Translations under genes and position numbers: made by a program
Source of the DNA: Lepidodermella squamata
Taxonomy: Eukaryota; Animalia; Gastrotricha
DNA: 64,000 nucleotides
Assembly: GCA_047495785.1 (NCBI GenBank)
Contig: JBLDXI010000043.1
Coordinates: 678,473 to 742,472 of the forward strand
Reading direction: 5' to 3'
Notes under the pieces: generated by a model
Told to the model about the DNA's origin: nothing
The model's input: the letters and a program-made list of their open reading frames with translations, nothing else
Database searches by the model: none
Shown here: positions 48,101 to 63,100 of the stretch, piece by piece
Position numbering within the stretch: position 1 is the stretch's first letter
Layout of the letters: each line of letters starts with the position of its first letter

Positions 48101-51100
48101 TTTCGGATGACCGATATTTCGCTGCCAGCCAGAACAGGCTGAAATCGCAGTTTCAACCCTTGTACGCACATCTCGTGAGAGTGCATCGTGCCGAATCCGG
48201 GCGAACCATGCATATTCGCGCTTCATTCGTTAGTGGCAACAAAGCGCTACCACGTTTGCAAGCATTCCGCTGACATTTCGGATGACCGATATTTCGCTGC
48301 CAGCCAAAACAGGCTGAAATCACAGTTTCAACCCATGTACGTTGCGCAGCTCATCGGCATCGTGCCGAATCCGGGCGAACCATGCATATTCGCGCTTCAT
48401 TCGTTAGTGGCAACAAGCGCTACCACGTTTGCAAGCATTCCGCTGACATTTCGGATGACCGATATTTCGCTGCCAGCCAAAACAGGCTGAAATCGCAGTT
48501 TCAACCCTTGTACGTTGCGCAGCTCATCGGCATCGTGCCGAATCCGGGCAAACCAAGCATATTCGCGCTTCATTCGTTAGTGGCAACAAGCGCTACCACG
48601 TTTGCAGGCGATCCGCTGACATTTCGGATGACCGATATTTCGCTGCCAGCCAGAACAGGCTGAAATCGCAGTTTCAACCCTTGTACGTTGCGCAGCTCAT
48701 CGGCATCGTGCCGAATCCGGGCGAACCATGCATATTCGCGCTTCATTCGTTAGTGGCAACAAGCGCTACCACGTTTGCAGGCGATCCGCTGACATTTCGG
48801 ATGACCGATATTTCGCTGCCAGCCAGAACAGGCTGAAATCGCAGTTTCAACCCTTGTACGTTGCGCAGCTCATCGGCATCGTGCCGAATCCGGGCAAACC
48901 ATGCATATTCGCGCTTCATTCGTTAGTGGCAACAAGCGCTACCACGTTTGCAGGCGATCCGCTGACATTTCGGATGACCGATATTTCGCTGCCAGCCAAA
49001 ACAGGCTGAAATCGCAGTTTCAACCCATGTACGTTGCGCAGCTCATCGGCATCGTGCCGAATCCGGGCGAACCATGCATATTCGCGCTTCATTCGTTAGT
49101 GGCAACAAGCGCTACCACGTTTGCAGGCGATCCGCTGACATTTCGGATGACCGATATTTCGCTGCCAGCCAGAACAGGCTGAAATCGCAGTTTCAACCCT
49201 TGTACGTTGCGCAGCTCATCGGCATCGTGCCGAATCCGGGCGAACCATGCATATTCGCGCTTCATTCGTTAGTGGCAACAAGCGCTACCACGTTTGCAGG
49301 CGATCCGCTGACATTTCGGATGACCGATATTTCGCTGCCAGCCAGAACAGGCTGAAATCGCAGTTTCAACCCTTGTACGTTGCGCAGCTCATCGGCATCG
49401 TGCCGAATCCGGGCGAACCATGCATATTCGCGCTTCATTCGTTAGTGGCAACAAGCGCTACCACGTTTGCAGGCGATCCGCTGACATTTCGGATGACCGA
49501 TATTTCGCTGCCAGCCAGAACAGGCTGAAATCGCAGTTTCAACCCTTGTACGTTGCGCAGCTCATCGGCATCGTGCCGAATCCGGGCAAACCATGCATAT
49601 TCGCGCTTCATTCGTTAGTGGCAACAAGCGCTACCACGTTTGCAGGCGATCCGCTGACATTTCGGATGACCGATATTTCGCTGCCAGCCAAAACAGGCTG
49701 AAATCGCAGTTTCAACCCATGTACGTTGCGCAGCTCATCGGCATCGTGCCGAATCCGGGCGAACCATGCATATTCGCGCTTCATTCGTTAGTGGCAACAA
49801 GCGCTACCACGTTTGCAAGCATTCCGCTGACATTTCGGATGACCGATATTTCGCTGCCAGCCAGAACAGGCTGAAATCGCAGTTTCAACCCTTGTACGTT
49901 GCGCAGCTCATCGGCATCGTGCCGAATCCGGGCGAACCATGCATATTCGCGCTTCATTCGTTAGTGGCAACAAGCGCTACCACGTTTGCAGGCGATCCGC
50001 TGACATTTCGGATGACCGATATTTCGCTGCCAGCCAAAACAGGCTGAAATCGTAGTTTCAACCCATGTACGTTGCGCAGCTCATCGGCATCGTGCCGAAT
50101 CCGGGCGAACCATGCATATTCGCGCTTCATTCGTTAATGGCAACAAGCGCTACCACGTTTGCAGGCGATCCGCTGACATTTCGGATGACCGATATTTCGC
50201 TGCCAGCCAAAACAGGCTGAAATCGCAGTTTCAACCCATGTACGTTGCGCAGCTCATCGGCATCGTGCCGAATCCGGGCAAACCATGCATATTCGCGCTT
50301 CATTCGTTAGTGGCAACAAGCGCTACCACGTTTGCAGGCGATCCGCTGACATTTCGGATGACCGATATTTCGCTGCCAGCCAGAACAGGCTGAAATCGCA
50401 GTTTCAACCCTTGTACGTTGCACAGCTCATCGGCATCGTGCCGAATCCGGGCGAACCATGCATATTCGCTCTTCCTTCGTTAGTGGCAACAAGCGCTACC
50501 ACGTTTGCAGGCGATCCGCTGACATTTCGGATGACCGATATTTCGCTGCCAGCCAAAACAGGCTGAAATCGCAGTTTCAACCCTTGTACGTTGCGCAGCT
50601 CATCGGCATCGTGCCGAATCCGGGCGAACCATGCATATTCGCGCTTCATTCGTTAGTGGCAACAAGCGCTACCACGTTTGCAAGCATTCCGCTGACATTT
50701 CGGATGACCGATATTTCGCTGCCAGCCAAAACAGGCTGAAATCGCAGTTTCAACCCTTGTACGTTGCGCAGCTCATCGGCATCGTGCCGAATCCGGGCAA
50801 ACCATGCATATTCGCGCTTCATTCGTTAGTGGCAACAAGCGCTACCACGTTTGCAGGCGATCCGCTGACATTTCGGATGACCGATATTTCGCTGCCAGCC
50901 AGAACAGGCTGAAATCGCAGTTTCAACCCTTGTACGTTGCGCAGCTCATCGGCATCGTGCCGAATCCGGGCGAACCATGCATATTCGCGCTTCATTCGTT
51001 AGTGGCAACAAGCGCTACCACGTTTGCAGGCGATCCGCTGACATTTCGGATGACCGATATTTCGCTGCCAGCCAAAACAGGCTGAAATCGCAGTTTCAAC

Positions 51101-54100
51101 CCATGTACGTTGCGCAGCTCATCGGCATCGTGCCGAATCCGGGCGAACCATGCATATTCGCGCTTCATTCGTTAGTGGCAACAAGCGCTACCACGTTTGC
51201 AAGCATCCGCTGACATTTCGGATGACCGATATTTCGCTGCCAGCCAAAACAGGCTGAAATCGCAGTTTCAACCTTGTACGTTGCGCAGCTCATCGGCATC
51301 GTGCCGAATCCGGGCAAACCATGCATATTCGCGCTTCATTCGTTAGTGGCAACAAGCGCTACCACGTTTGCAGGCGATCCGCTGACATTTCGGATGACCG
51401 ATATTTCGCTGCCAGCCAGAACAGGCTGAAATCGCAGTTTCAACCCTTGTACGTTGCGCAGCTCATCGGCATCGTGCCGAATCCGGGCGAACCATGCATA
51501 TTCGCGCTTCATTCGTTAGTGGCAACAAGCGCTACCACGTTTGCAGGCGATTCGCTGACATTTCGGATGACCGATATTTCGCTGCCAGCCAGAACAGGCT
51601 GAAATCGCAGTTTCAACCCTTGTACGTTGCGCAGCTCATCGGCATCGTGCCGAATCCGGGCGAACCATGCATATTCGCGCTTCATTCGTTAGTGGCAACA
51701 AGCGCTACCACGTTTGCAGGCGATCCGCTGACATTTCGGATGACCGATATTTCGCTGCCAGCCAAAACAGGCTGAAATCGCAGTTTCAACCCATGTACGT
51801 TGCGCAGCTCATCGGCATCGTGCCGAATCCGGGCGAACCATGCATATTCGCGCTTCATTCGTTAGTGGCAACAAGCGCTACCACGTTTGCAGGCGATCCG
51901 CTGACATTTCGGATGACCGATATTTCGCTGCCAGCCAAAACAGGCTGAAATCGCAGTTTCAACCCATGTACGTTGCGCAGCTCATCGGCATCGTGCCGAA
52001 TCCGGGCAAACCATGCATATTCGCGCTTCATTCGTTAGTGGCAACAAGCGCTACCACGTTTGCAGGCGATCCGCTGACATTTCGGATGACCGATATTTCG
52101 CTGCCAGCCAAAACAGGCTGAAATCGCAGTTTCAACCCTTGTACGTTGCGCAGCTCATCGGCATCGTGCCGAATCCGGGCAAACCATGCATATTCGCGCT
52201 TCATTCGTTAGTGGCAACAAGCGCTACCCACGTTTGCAGGCGATCCGCTGACATTTCGGATGACCGATATTTCGCTGCCAGCCAGAACAGGCTGAAATCG
52301 CAGTTTCAACCCTTGTACGTTGCGCAGCTCATCGGCATCGTGCCGAATCCGGGCGAACCATGCATATTCGCGCTTCATTCGTTAGTGGAAACAAGCGCTA
52401 CCACGTTTGCAAGCATTCCGCTGACATTTCGGATGACCGATATTTCGCTGCCAGCCAGAACAGGCTGAAATCGCAGTTTCAACCCTTGTACGTTGCGCCG
52501 CTCATCGGCATCGTGCCTAATCCGGGCGAACCATGCATATTCGCGCTTCATTCGTTAGTGGCAACAAGCGCTACCACGTTTGCAGGCGATCCGCTGACAT
52601 TTCGGATGACCGATATTTCGCTGCCAGCCAAAACAGGCTGAAATCGCAGTTTCAACCCATGTACGTTGCGCAGCTCATCGGCATCGTGCCGAATCCGGGC
52701 AAACCATGCATATTCGCGCTTCATTCGTTAGTGGCAACAAGCGCTACCACGTTTGCAGGCGATCCGCTGACATTTCGGATGACCGATATTTCGCTGCCAG
52801 CCAGAACAGGCTGAAATCGCAGTTTCAACCCTTGTACGTTGCGCAGCTCATCGGCATCGTGCCGAATCCGGGCGAACCATGCATATTCGCGCTTCATTCG
52901 TTAGTGGAAACAAGCGCTACCACGTTTGCAAGCATTCCGCTGACATTTCGGATGACCGATATTTCGCTGCCAGCCAGAACAGGCTGAAATCGCAGTTTCA
53001 ACCCTTGTACGTTGCGCCGCTCATCGGCATCGTGCCTAATCCGGGCGAACCATGCATATTCGCGCTTCATTCGTTAGTGGCAACAAGCGCTACCACGTTT
53101 GCAGGCGATCCGCTGACATTTCGGATGACCGATATTTCGCTGCCAGCCAAAACAGGCTGAAATCGCAGTTTCAACCCATGTACGTTGCGCAGCTCATCGG
53201 CATCGTGCCGAATCCGGGCAAACCATGCATATTCGCGCTTCATTCGTTAGTGGCAACAAGCGCTACCACGTTTGCAGGCGATCCGCTGACATTTCGGATG
53301 ACCGATATTTCGCTGCCAGCCAAAACAGGCTGAAATCGCAGTTTCAACCCTTGTACGTTGCGCAGCTCATCGGCATCGTGCCGAATCCGGGCAAACCATG
53401 CATATTCGCGCTTCATTCGTTAGTGGCAACAAGCGCTACCACGTTTGCAGGCGATCCGCTGACATTTCGGATGACCGATATTTCGCTGCCAGCCAGAACA
53501 GGCTGAAATCGCAGTTTCAACCCTTGTACGTGGCGCAGCCCTCAGCATCGTGCCGAATCCGGGCGAACCATGCATATTCGCGCTTCATTCGTTAGTGGCA
53601 ACAAGCGCTACCACGTTTGCAGGCGATCCGCTGACATTTCGGATGACCGATATTTCGCTGCCAGCCAGAACAGGCTGAAATCGCAGTTTCAACCCTTGTA
53701 CGTTGCGCAGCTCATCGGCATCGTGCCGAATCCGGGCAAACCATGCATATTCGCGCTTCATTCGTTAGTGGCAACAAGCGCTACAACGTTTGCAGCATTC
53801 CGCTGACATTCCGGATGACCGATATTTCGCTGCCAGCCAGAACAGGCTGAAATCGCAGTTTCAACCCTTGTACGTTGCGCAGCTCATCGGCATCGTGCCG
53901 AATCCGGGCGAACCATGCATATTCGCGCTTCATTCGTTAGTGGCAACAAGCGCTACCACGTTTGCAGGCGATCCGCTGACATTTCGGATGACCGATATTT
54001 CGCTGCCAGCCAGAACAGGCTGAAATCGCAGTTTCAACCCTTGTACGTTGCGCAGCTCATCGGCATCGTGCCGAATCCGGGCAAATCATGCATATTCGCG

Positions 54101-57100
54101 CTTCATTCGTTAGTGGCAACAAGCGCTACCACGTTTGCAAGCATTCCGCTGACATTCCGGATGACCGATATTTCGCTGCCAGCCAAAACAGGCTGAAATC
54201 GCAGTTTCAACCCTTGTACGTTGCGCAGCTCATCGGCATCGTGCCGAATCCGGGCAAACCATGCATATTCGCGCTTCATTCGTTAGTGGGCAACAAGCGC
54301 TACCACGTTTGCAGGCGATCCGCTGACATTTCGGATGACCGATATTTCGCTGCCAGCCAGAACAGGCTGAAATCGCAGTTTCAACCCTTGTACGTTGCGC
54401 AGCTCATCGGCATCGTGCCGAATCCGGGCAAACCATGCATATTCGCGCTTCATTCGTTAGTGGCAACAAGCGCTACCACGTTTGCAGGCGATCCGCTGAC
54501 ATTTCGGATGACCGATATTTCGCTGCCAGCCAAAACAGGCTGAAATCGCAGTTTTCAACCCTTGTACGTTGCGCAGCTCATCGGCATCGTGCCGAATCCG
54601 GGCAAACCATGCATATTCGCGCTTCATTCGTTAGTGGCAACAAGCGCTACCACGTTTGCAGGCGATCCGCTGACATTTCGGATGACCGATATTTCGCTGC
54701 CAGCCAGAACAGGCTGAAATCGCAGTTTCAACCCTTGTACGTTGCGCAGCTCATCGGCATCGTGCCGAATCCGGGCAAACCATGCATATTCGCGCTTCAT
54801 TCGTTAGTGGCAACAAGCGCTACCACGTTTGCAGGCGATCCGCTGACATTTCGGATGACCGATATTTCGCTGCCAGCCAGAACAGGCTGAAATCGCAGTT
54901 TCAACCCTTGTACGTTGCGCAGCTCATCGGCATCGTGCCGAATCCGGGCAAACCATGCATATTCGCGCTTCATTCGTTAGTGGCAACAAGCGCTACCACG
55001 TTTGCAGGCGATCCGCTGACATTTCGGATGACCGATATTTCGCTGCCAGCCAGAACAGGCTGAAATCGCAGTTTCAACCCTTGTACGTTGCGCAGCTCAT
55101 CGGCATCGTGCCGAATCCGGGCAAACCATGCATATTCGCGCTTCATTCGTTAGTGGCAACAAGCGCTACCACGTTTGCAAGCATTCCGCTGACATTCCGG
55201 ATGACCGATATTTCGCTGCCAGCCAGAACAGGCTGAAATCGCAGTTTCAACCCTTGTACGTTGCGCAGCTCATCGGCATCGTGCCGAATCCGGGCGAACC
55301 ATGCATATTCGCGCTTCATTCGTTAGTGGCAACAAGCGCTACCACGTTTGCAGGCGATCCGCTGACATTTCGGATGACCGATATTTCGCTGCAGCCAGAA
55401 CAGGCTGAAATCGCAGTTTCAACCCTTGTACGTTGCGCAGCTCATCGGCATCGTGCCGAATCCGGGCAAACCATGCATATTCGCGCTTCATTCGTTAGTG
55501 GCAACAAGCGCTACCACGTTTGCAGGCGATCCGCTGACATTTCGGATGACCGATATTTCGCTGCCAGCCAAAACAGGCTGAAATCGCAGTTTCAACCCAT
55601 GTACGTTGCGCAGCTCATCGGCATCGTGCCGAATCCGGGCGAACCATGCATATTCGCGCTTCATTCGTTAGTGGCAACAAGCGCTACCACGTTTGCAGGC
55701 GATCCGCTGACATTTCGGATGACCGATATTTCGCTGCCAGCCAGAACAGGCTGAAATCGCAGTTTCAACCCTTGTACGTTGCGCAGCTCATCGGCATCGT
55801 GCCGAATCCGGGCGAACCATGCATATTCGCGCTTCATTCGTTAGTGGCAACAAGCGCTACCACGTTTGCAGGCGATCCGCTGACATTTCGGATGACCGAT
55901 ATTCGCTGCCAGCCAGAACAGGCTGAAATCGCAGTTTCCAACCCTTGTACGTTGCGCAGCTCATCGGCATCGTGCCGAATCCGGGCGAACCATGCATATT
56001 CGCGCTTCATTCGTTAGTGGCAACAAGCGCTACCACGTTTGCAGGCGATCCGCTGACATTTCGGATGACCGATATTTCGCTGCCAGCCAGAACAGGCTGA
56101 AATCGCAGTTTCAACCCTTGTACGTTGCGCAGCTCATCGGCATCGTGCCGAATCCGGGCAAACCATGCATATTCGCGCTTCATTCGTTAGTGGCAACAAG
56201 CGCTACCACGTTTGCAGGCGATCCGCTGACATTTCGGATGACCGATATTTCGCTGCCAGCCAAAACAGGCTGAAATCGCAGTTTCAACCCTTGTACGTTG
56301 CGCAGCTCATCGGCATCGTGCCGAATCCGGGCAAACCATGCATATTCGCGCTTCATTCGTTAGTGCAACAAGCGCTACCACGTTTGCAAGCATTCCGCTG
56401 ACATTTCGGATGACCGATATTTCGCTGCCAGCCAGAACAGGCTGAAATCACAGTTTCAACCCTTGTACGTTGCGCAGCTCATCGGCATCGTGCCGAATCC
56501 GGGCAAACCATGCATATTCGCGCTTCATTCGTTAGTGGCAACAAGCGCTACCACGTTTGCAGGCGATCCGCTGACATTTCGGATGACCGATATTTCGCTG
56601 CCAGCCAAAACAGGCTGAAATCGCAGTTTCAACCCATGTACGTTGCGCAGCTCATCGGCATCGTGCCGAATCCGGGCGAACCATGCATATTCGCGCTTCA
56701 TTCGTTAGTGGCAACAAGCGCTACCACGTTTGCAGGCGATCCGCTGACATTTCGGATGACCGATATTTCGCTGCCAGCCAAAACAGGCTGAAATCGCAGT
56801 TTCAACCCATGTACGTTGCGCAGCTCATCGGCATCGTGCCGAATCCGGGCAAAACCATGCATATTCGCGCTTCATTCGTTAGTGGCAACAAGCGCTACCA
56901 CGTTTGCAGGCGATCCGCTGACATTTCGGATGACCGATATTTCGCTGCCAGCCAGAACAGGCTGAAATCGCAGTTTCAACCCTTGTACGTTGCGCAGCTC
57001 ATCGGCATCGTGCCGAATCCGGGCGAACCATGCATATTCGCTCTTCCTTCGTTAGTGGCAACAAGCGCTACCACGTTTGCAGGCGATCCGCTGACATTTC

Positions 57101-60100
57101 GGATGACCGATATTTCGCTGCCAGCCAAACAGGCTGAAATCGCAGTTTCAACCCTTGTACGTTGCGCAGCTCATCGGCATCGTGCCGAATCCGGGCGAAC
57201 CATGCATATTCGCGCTTCATTCGTTAGTGGCAACAAGCGCTACCACGTTTGCAAGCATTCCGCTGACATTTCGGATGACCGATATTTCGCTGCCAGCCAA
57301 AACAGGCTGAAATCGCAGTTTCAACCCTTGTACGTTGCGCAGCTCATCGGCATCGTGCCGAATCCGGGCAAACCATGCATATTCGCGCTTCATTCGTTAG
57401 TGGCAACAAGCGCTACCACGTTTGCAGGCGATCCGCTGACATTTCGGATGACCGATATTTCGCTACCAGCCAGAACAGGCTGAAATCGCAGTTTCAACCC
57501 TTGTACGTTGCGCAGCTCATCGGCATCGTGCCGAATCCGGGCGAACCATGCATATTCGCGCTTCATTCGTTAGTGGCAACAAGCGCTACCACGTTTGCAA
57601 GCATTCCGCTGACATTTCGGATGACCGATATTTCGCTGCCAGCCAAAACAGGCTGAAATCGCAGTTTCAACCCTTGTACGTTGCGCAGCTCATCGGCATC
57701 GTGCCGAATCCGGGCAAACCATGCATATTCGCGCTTCATTCGTTAGTGGCAACAAGCGCTACCACGTTTGCAGGCGATCCGCTGACATTTCGGATGACCG
57801 ATATTTCGCTGCCAGCCAGAACAGGCTGAAATCGCAGTTTCAACCCTTGTACGTTGCGCAGCTCATCGGCATCCTGCCGAATCCGAGCGAACCATGCATA
57901 TTCGCGCTTCATTCGTTAGTGGCAACAAGCGCTACCACGTTTGCAGGCGATCCGCTGACATTTCGGATGACCGATATTTCGCTGCCAGCCAGAACAGGCT
58001 GAAATCGCAGTTTCAACCCTTGTACGTTGCGCAGCTCATCGGCATCCTGCCGAATCCGGGCGAACCATGCATATTCGCGCTTCATTCGTTAGTGGCAACA
58101 AGCGCTACCACGTTTGCAGGCGATTCGCTGACATTTCGGATGACCGATATTTCGCTGCCAGCCAGAACAGGCTGAAATCGCAGTTTCAACCCTTGTACGT
58201 TGCGCAGCTCATCGGCATCGTGCCGAATCCGGGCGAACCATGCATATTCGCGCTTCATTCGTTAGTGGCAACAAGCGCTACCACGTTTGCAGGCGATCCG
58301 CTGACATTTCGGATGACCGATATTTCGCTGCCAGCCAGAACAGGCTGAAATCGCAGTTTCAACCCTTGTACGTTGCGCAGCTCATCGGCATCGTGCCGAA
58401 TCCGGGCGAACCATGCATATTCGCGCTTCATTCGTTAGTGGCAACAAGCGCTACCACGTTTGCAGGCGATCCGCTGACATTTCGGATGACCGATATTTCG
58501 CTGCCAGCCAGAACAGGCTGAAATCGCAGTTTCAACCCTTGTACGTTGCGCAGCTCATCGGCATCGTGCCGAATCCGGGCAAACCATGCATATTCGCGCT
58601 TCATTCGTTAGTGGCAACAAGCGCTACCACGTTTGCAGGCGATCCGCTGACATTTCGGATGACCGATATTTCGCTGCCAGCCAAAACAGGCTGAAATCGC
58701 AGTTTCAACCCATGTACGTTGCGCAGCTCATCGGCATCGTGCCGAATCCGGGCAAACCATGCATATTCGCGCTTCATTCGTTAGTGGCAACAAGCGCTAC
58801 CACGTTTGCAGGCGATCCGCTGACATTTCGGATGACCGATATTTCGCTGCCAGCCAAAACAGGCTGAAATCGCAGTTTCAACCCTTGTACGTTGCGCAGC
58901 TCATCGGCATCGTGCCGAATCCGGGCAAACCATGCATATTCGCGCTTCATTCGTTAGTGGCAACAAGCGCTACCACGTTTGCAAGCATTCCGCTGACATT
59001 TCGGATGACCGATATTTCGCTGCCAGCCAAAACAGGCTGAAATCGCAGTTTCAACCCCTTGTACGTTGCGCAGCTCATCGGCATCGTGCCGAATCCGGGC
59101 GAACCATGCATATTCGCGCTTCATTCGTTAGTGGCAACAAGCGCTACCACGTTTGCAAGCATTCCGCTGACATTTCGGATGACCGATATTTCGCTGCCAG
59201 CCAAAACAGGCTGAAATCGCAGTTTCAACCCTTGTACGTTGCGCAGCTCATCGGCATCGTGCCGAATCCGGGCGAACCATGCATATTCGCGCTTCATTCG
59301 TTAGTGGCAACAAGCGCTACCACGTTTGCAGGCGATCCGCTGACATTTCGGATGACCGATATTTCGCTGCCAGCCAAAACAGGCTGAAATCGCAGTTTCA
59401 ACCCATGTACGTTGCGCAGCTCATCGGCATCGTGCCGAATCCGGGCAAACCATGCATATTCGCGCTTCATTCGTTAGTGGCAACAAGCGCTACCACGTTT
59501 GCAGGCGATCCGCTGACATTTCGGATGACCGATATTTCGCTGCCAGCCAAAACAGGCTGAAATCGCAGTTTCAACCCTTGTACGTTGCGCAGCTCATCGG
59601 CATCGTGCCGAATCCGGGCGAACCATGCATATTCGCGCTTCATTCGTTAGTGGCAACAAGCGCTACCACGTTTGCAAGCATTCCGCTGACATTTCGGATG
59701 ACCGATATTTCGCTGCCAGCCGAAACAGGCTGAAATCGCAGTTTCAACCCTTGTACGTTGCGCAGCTCATCGCATCGTGCCTAATCCGGGCGAACCATGC
59801 ATATTCGCGCTTCATTCGTTAGTGGCAACAAGCGCTACCCACTTTTGCGAGCATTCCGCTGACATTTCGGATGACCGATATTTCGCTGCCAGCCCAAAAC
59901 AGGCTGAAATCGCAGTTTCAACCCATGTACGTTGCGCAGCTCATCGGCATCATGCCGAATCCGGGCGAACCATGCATATTCGCGCTTCATTCGTTAGTGG
60001 CAACAAGCGCTACCACGTTTGCAGGCGATCCGCTGACATTTCGGATGACCGATATTTCGCTGCCAGCCAAAACAGGCTGAAATCGCAGTTTCAACCCATG

Positions 60101-63100
60101 TACGTTGCGCAGCTCATCGGCATCGTGCCGAATCCGGGCAAACCATGCATATTCGCGCTTCATTCGTTAGTGGCAACAAGCGCTACCACGTTTGCAGGCG
60201 ATCCGCTGACATTTCGGATGACCGATATTTCGCTGCCAGCCAGAACAGGCTGAAATCGCAGTTTCAACCCTTGTACGTTGCGCAGCTCATCGGCATCGTG
60301 CCGAATCCGGGCAAACCATGCATATTCGCGCTTCATTCGTTAGTGGCAACAAGCGCTACCACGTTTGCAGGCGATCCGCTGACATTTCGGATGACCGATA
60401 TTTCGCTGCCAGCCAGAACAGGCTGAAATCGCAGTTTCAACCCTTGTACGTTGCGCAGCTCATCGGCATCGTGCCGAATCCGGGCGAACCATGCATATTC
60501 GCGCTTCATTCGTTAGTGGCAGCAAGCGCTACCACGTTTGCAAGCATTCCGCTGACATTTCGGATGACCGATATTTCGCTGCCAGCCAAAACAGGCTGAA
60601 ATCGCAGTTTCAACCCTTGTACGTTGCGCAGCTCATCGGCATCGTGCCTAATCCGGGCGAACCATGCATATTCGCGCTTCATTCGTTAGTGGCAACAAGC
60701 GCTACCACGTTTGCAGGCGATCCGCTGACATTTCGGATGACCGATATTTCGCTGCCAGCCAAAACAGGCTGAAATCGCAGTTTCAACCCATGTACGTTGC
60801 GCAGCTCATCGGCATCGTGCCGAATCCGGGCAAACCATGCATATTCGCGCTTCATTCGTTAGTGGCAACAAGCGCTACCACGTTTGCAGGCGATCCGCTG
60901 ACATTTCGGATGACCGATATTTCGCTGCCAGCCAAAACAGGCTGAAATCGCAGTTTCAACCCTTGTACGTTGCGCAGCTCATCGGCATCGTGCCGAATCC
61001 GGGCAAACCATGCATATTCGCGCTTCATTCGTTAGTGGCAACAAGCGCTACCACGTTTGCAGGCGATCCGCTGACATTTCGGATGACCGATATTTCGCCG
61101 CCAGCCAGAACAGGCTGAAATCGCAGTTTCAACCCTTGTACGTGGCGCAGCTCATCGGCATCGTGCCGAATCCGGGCGAACCATGCATATTCGCGCTTCA
61201 TTCGTTAGTGGCAACAAGCGCTACCACGTTTGCAGGCGATCCGCTGACATTTCGGATGACCGATATTTCGCTGCCAGCCAAAACAGGCTGAAATCGCAGT
61301 TTCAACCCATGTACGTTGCGCAGCTCATCGGCATCGTGCCGAATCCGGGCAAACCATGCATATTCGCGCTTCATTCGTTAGTGGCAACAAGCGCTACCAC
61401 GTTTGCAGGCGATCCGCTGACATTTCGGATGACCGATATTTCGCTGCCAGCCAAAACAGGCTGAAATCGCAGTTTCAACCCTTGTACGTTGCGCAGCTCA
61501 TCGGCATCGTGCCGAATCCGGCGAACCATGCATATTCGCGCTTCATTCGTTAGTGGCAACAAGCGCTACCACGTTTGCAAGCATTCCGCTGACATTTCGG
61601 ATGACCGATATTTCGCTGCCAGCCGAAACAGGCTGAAATCGCAGTTTCAACCCTTGTACGTTGCGCAGCTCATCGGCATCGTGCCTAATCCGGGCGAACC
61701 ATGCATATTCGCGCTTCATTCGTTAGTGGCAACAAGCGCTACCACTTTTGCGAGCATTCCGCTGACATTTCGGATGACCGATATTTCGCTGCCAGCCAAA
61801 ACAGGCTGAAATCGCAGTTTCAACCCATGTACGTTGCGCAGCTCATCGGCATCATGCCGAATCCGGGCGAACCATGCATATTCGCGCTTCATTCGTTAGT
61901 GGCAACAAGCGCTACCACGTTTGCAGGCGATCCGCTGACATTTCGGATGACCGATATTTCGCTGCCAGCCAAAACAGGCTGAAATCGCAGTTTCAACCCA
62001 TGTACGTTGCGCAGCTCATCGGCATCGTGCCGAATCCGGGCAAACCATGCATATTCGCGCTTCATTCGTTAGTGGCAACAAGCGCTACCACGTTTGCAGG
62101 CGATCCGCTGACATTTCGGATGACCGATATTTCGCTGCCAGCCAGAACAGGCTGAAATCGCAGTTTCAACCCTTGTTACGTTGCGCAGCTCATCGGCATC
62201 GTGCCGAATCCGGGCAAACCATGCATATTCGCGCTTCATTCGTTAGTGGCAACAAGCGCTACCACGTTTGCAGGCGATCCGCTGACATTTCGGATGACCG
62301 ATATTTCGCTGCCAGCCAGAACAGGCTGAAATCGCAGTTTCAACCCCTTGTACGTTGCGCAGCTCATCGGCATCGTGCCGAATCCGGGCGAACCATGCAT
62401 ATTCGCGCTTCATTCGTTAGTGGCAGCAAGCGCTACCACGTTTGCAAGCATTCCGCTGACATTTCGGATGACCGATATTTCGCTGCCAGCCAAAACAGGC
62501 TGAAATCGCAGTTTCAACCCTTGTACGTTGCGCAGCTCATCGGCATCGTGCCTAATCCGGGCGAACCATGCATATTCGCGCTTCATTCGTTAGTGGCAAC
62601 AAGCGCTACCACGTTTGCAGGCGATCCGCTGACATTTCGGATGACCGATATTTCGCTGCCAGCCAAAACAGGCTGAAATCGCAGTTTCAACCCATGTACG
62701 TTGCGCAGCTCATCGGCATCGTGCCGAATCCGGGCAAACCATGCATATTCGCGCTTCATTCGTTAGTGGCAACAAGCGCTACCACGTTTGCAGGCGATCC
62801 GCTGACATTTCGGATGACCGATATTTCGCTGCCAGCCAAAACAGGCTGAAATCGCAGTTTCAACCCTTGTACGTTGCGCAGCTCATCGGCATCGTGCCGA
62901 ATCCGGGCAAACCATGCATATTCGCGCTTCATTCGTTAGTGGCAACAAGCGCTACCACGTTTGCAGGCGATCCGCTGACATTTCGGATGACCGATATTTC
63001 GCCGCCAGCCAGAACAGGCTGAAATCGCAGTTTCAACCCTTGTACGTGGCGCAGCTCATCGGCATCGTGCCGAATCCGGGCGAACCATGCATATTCGCGC

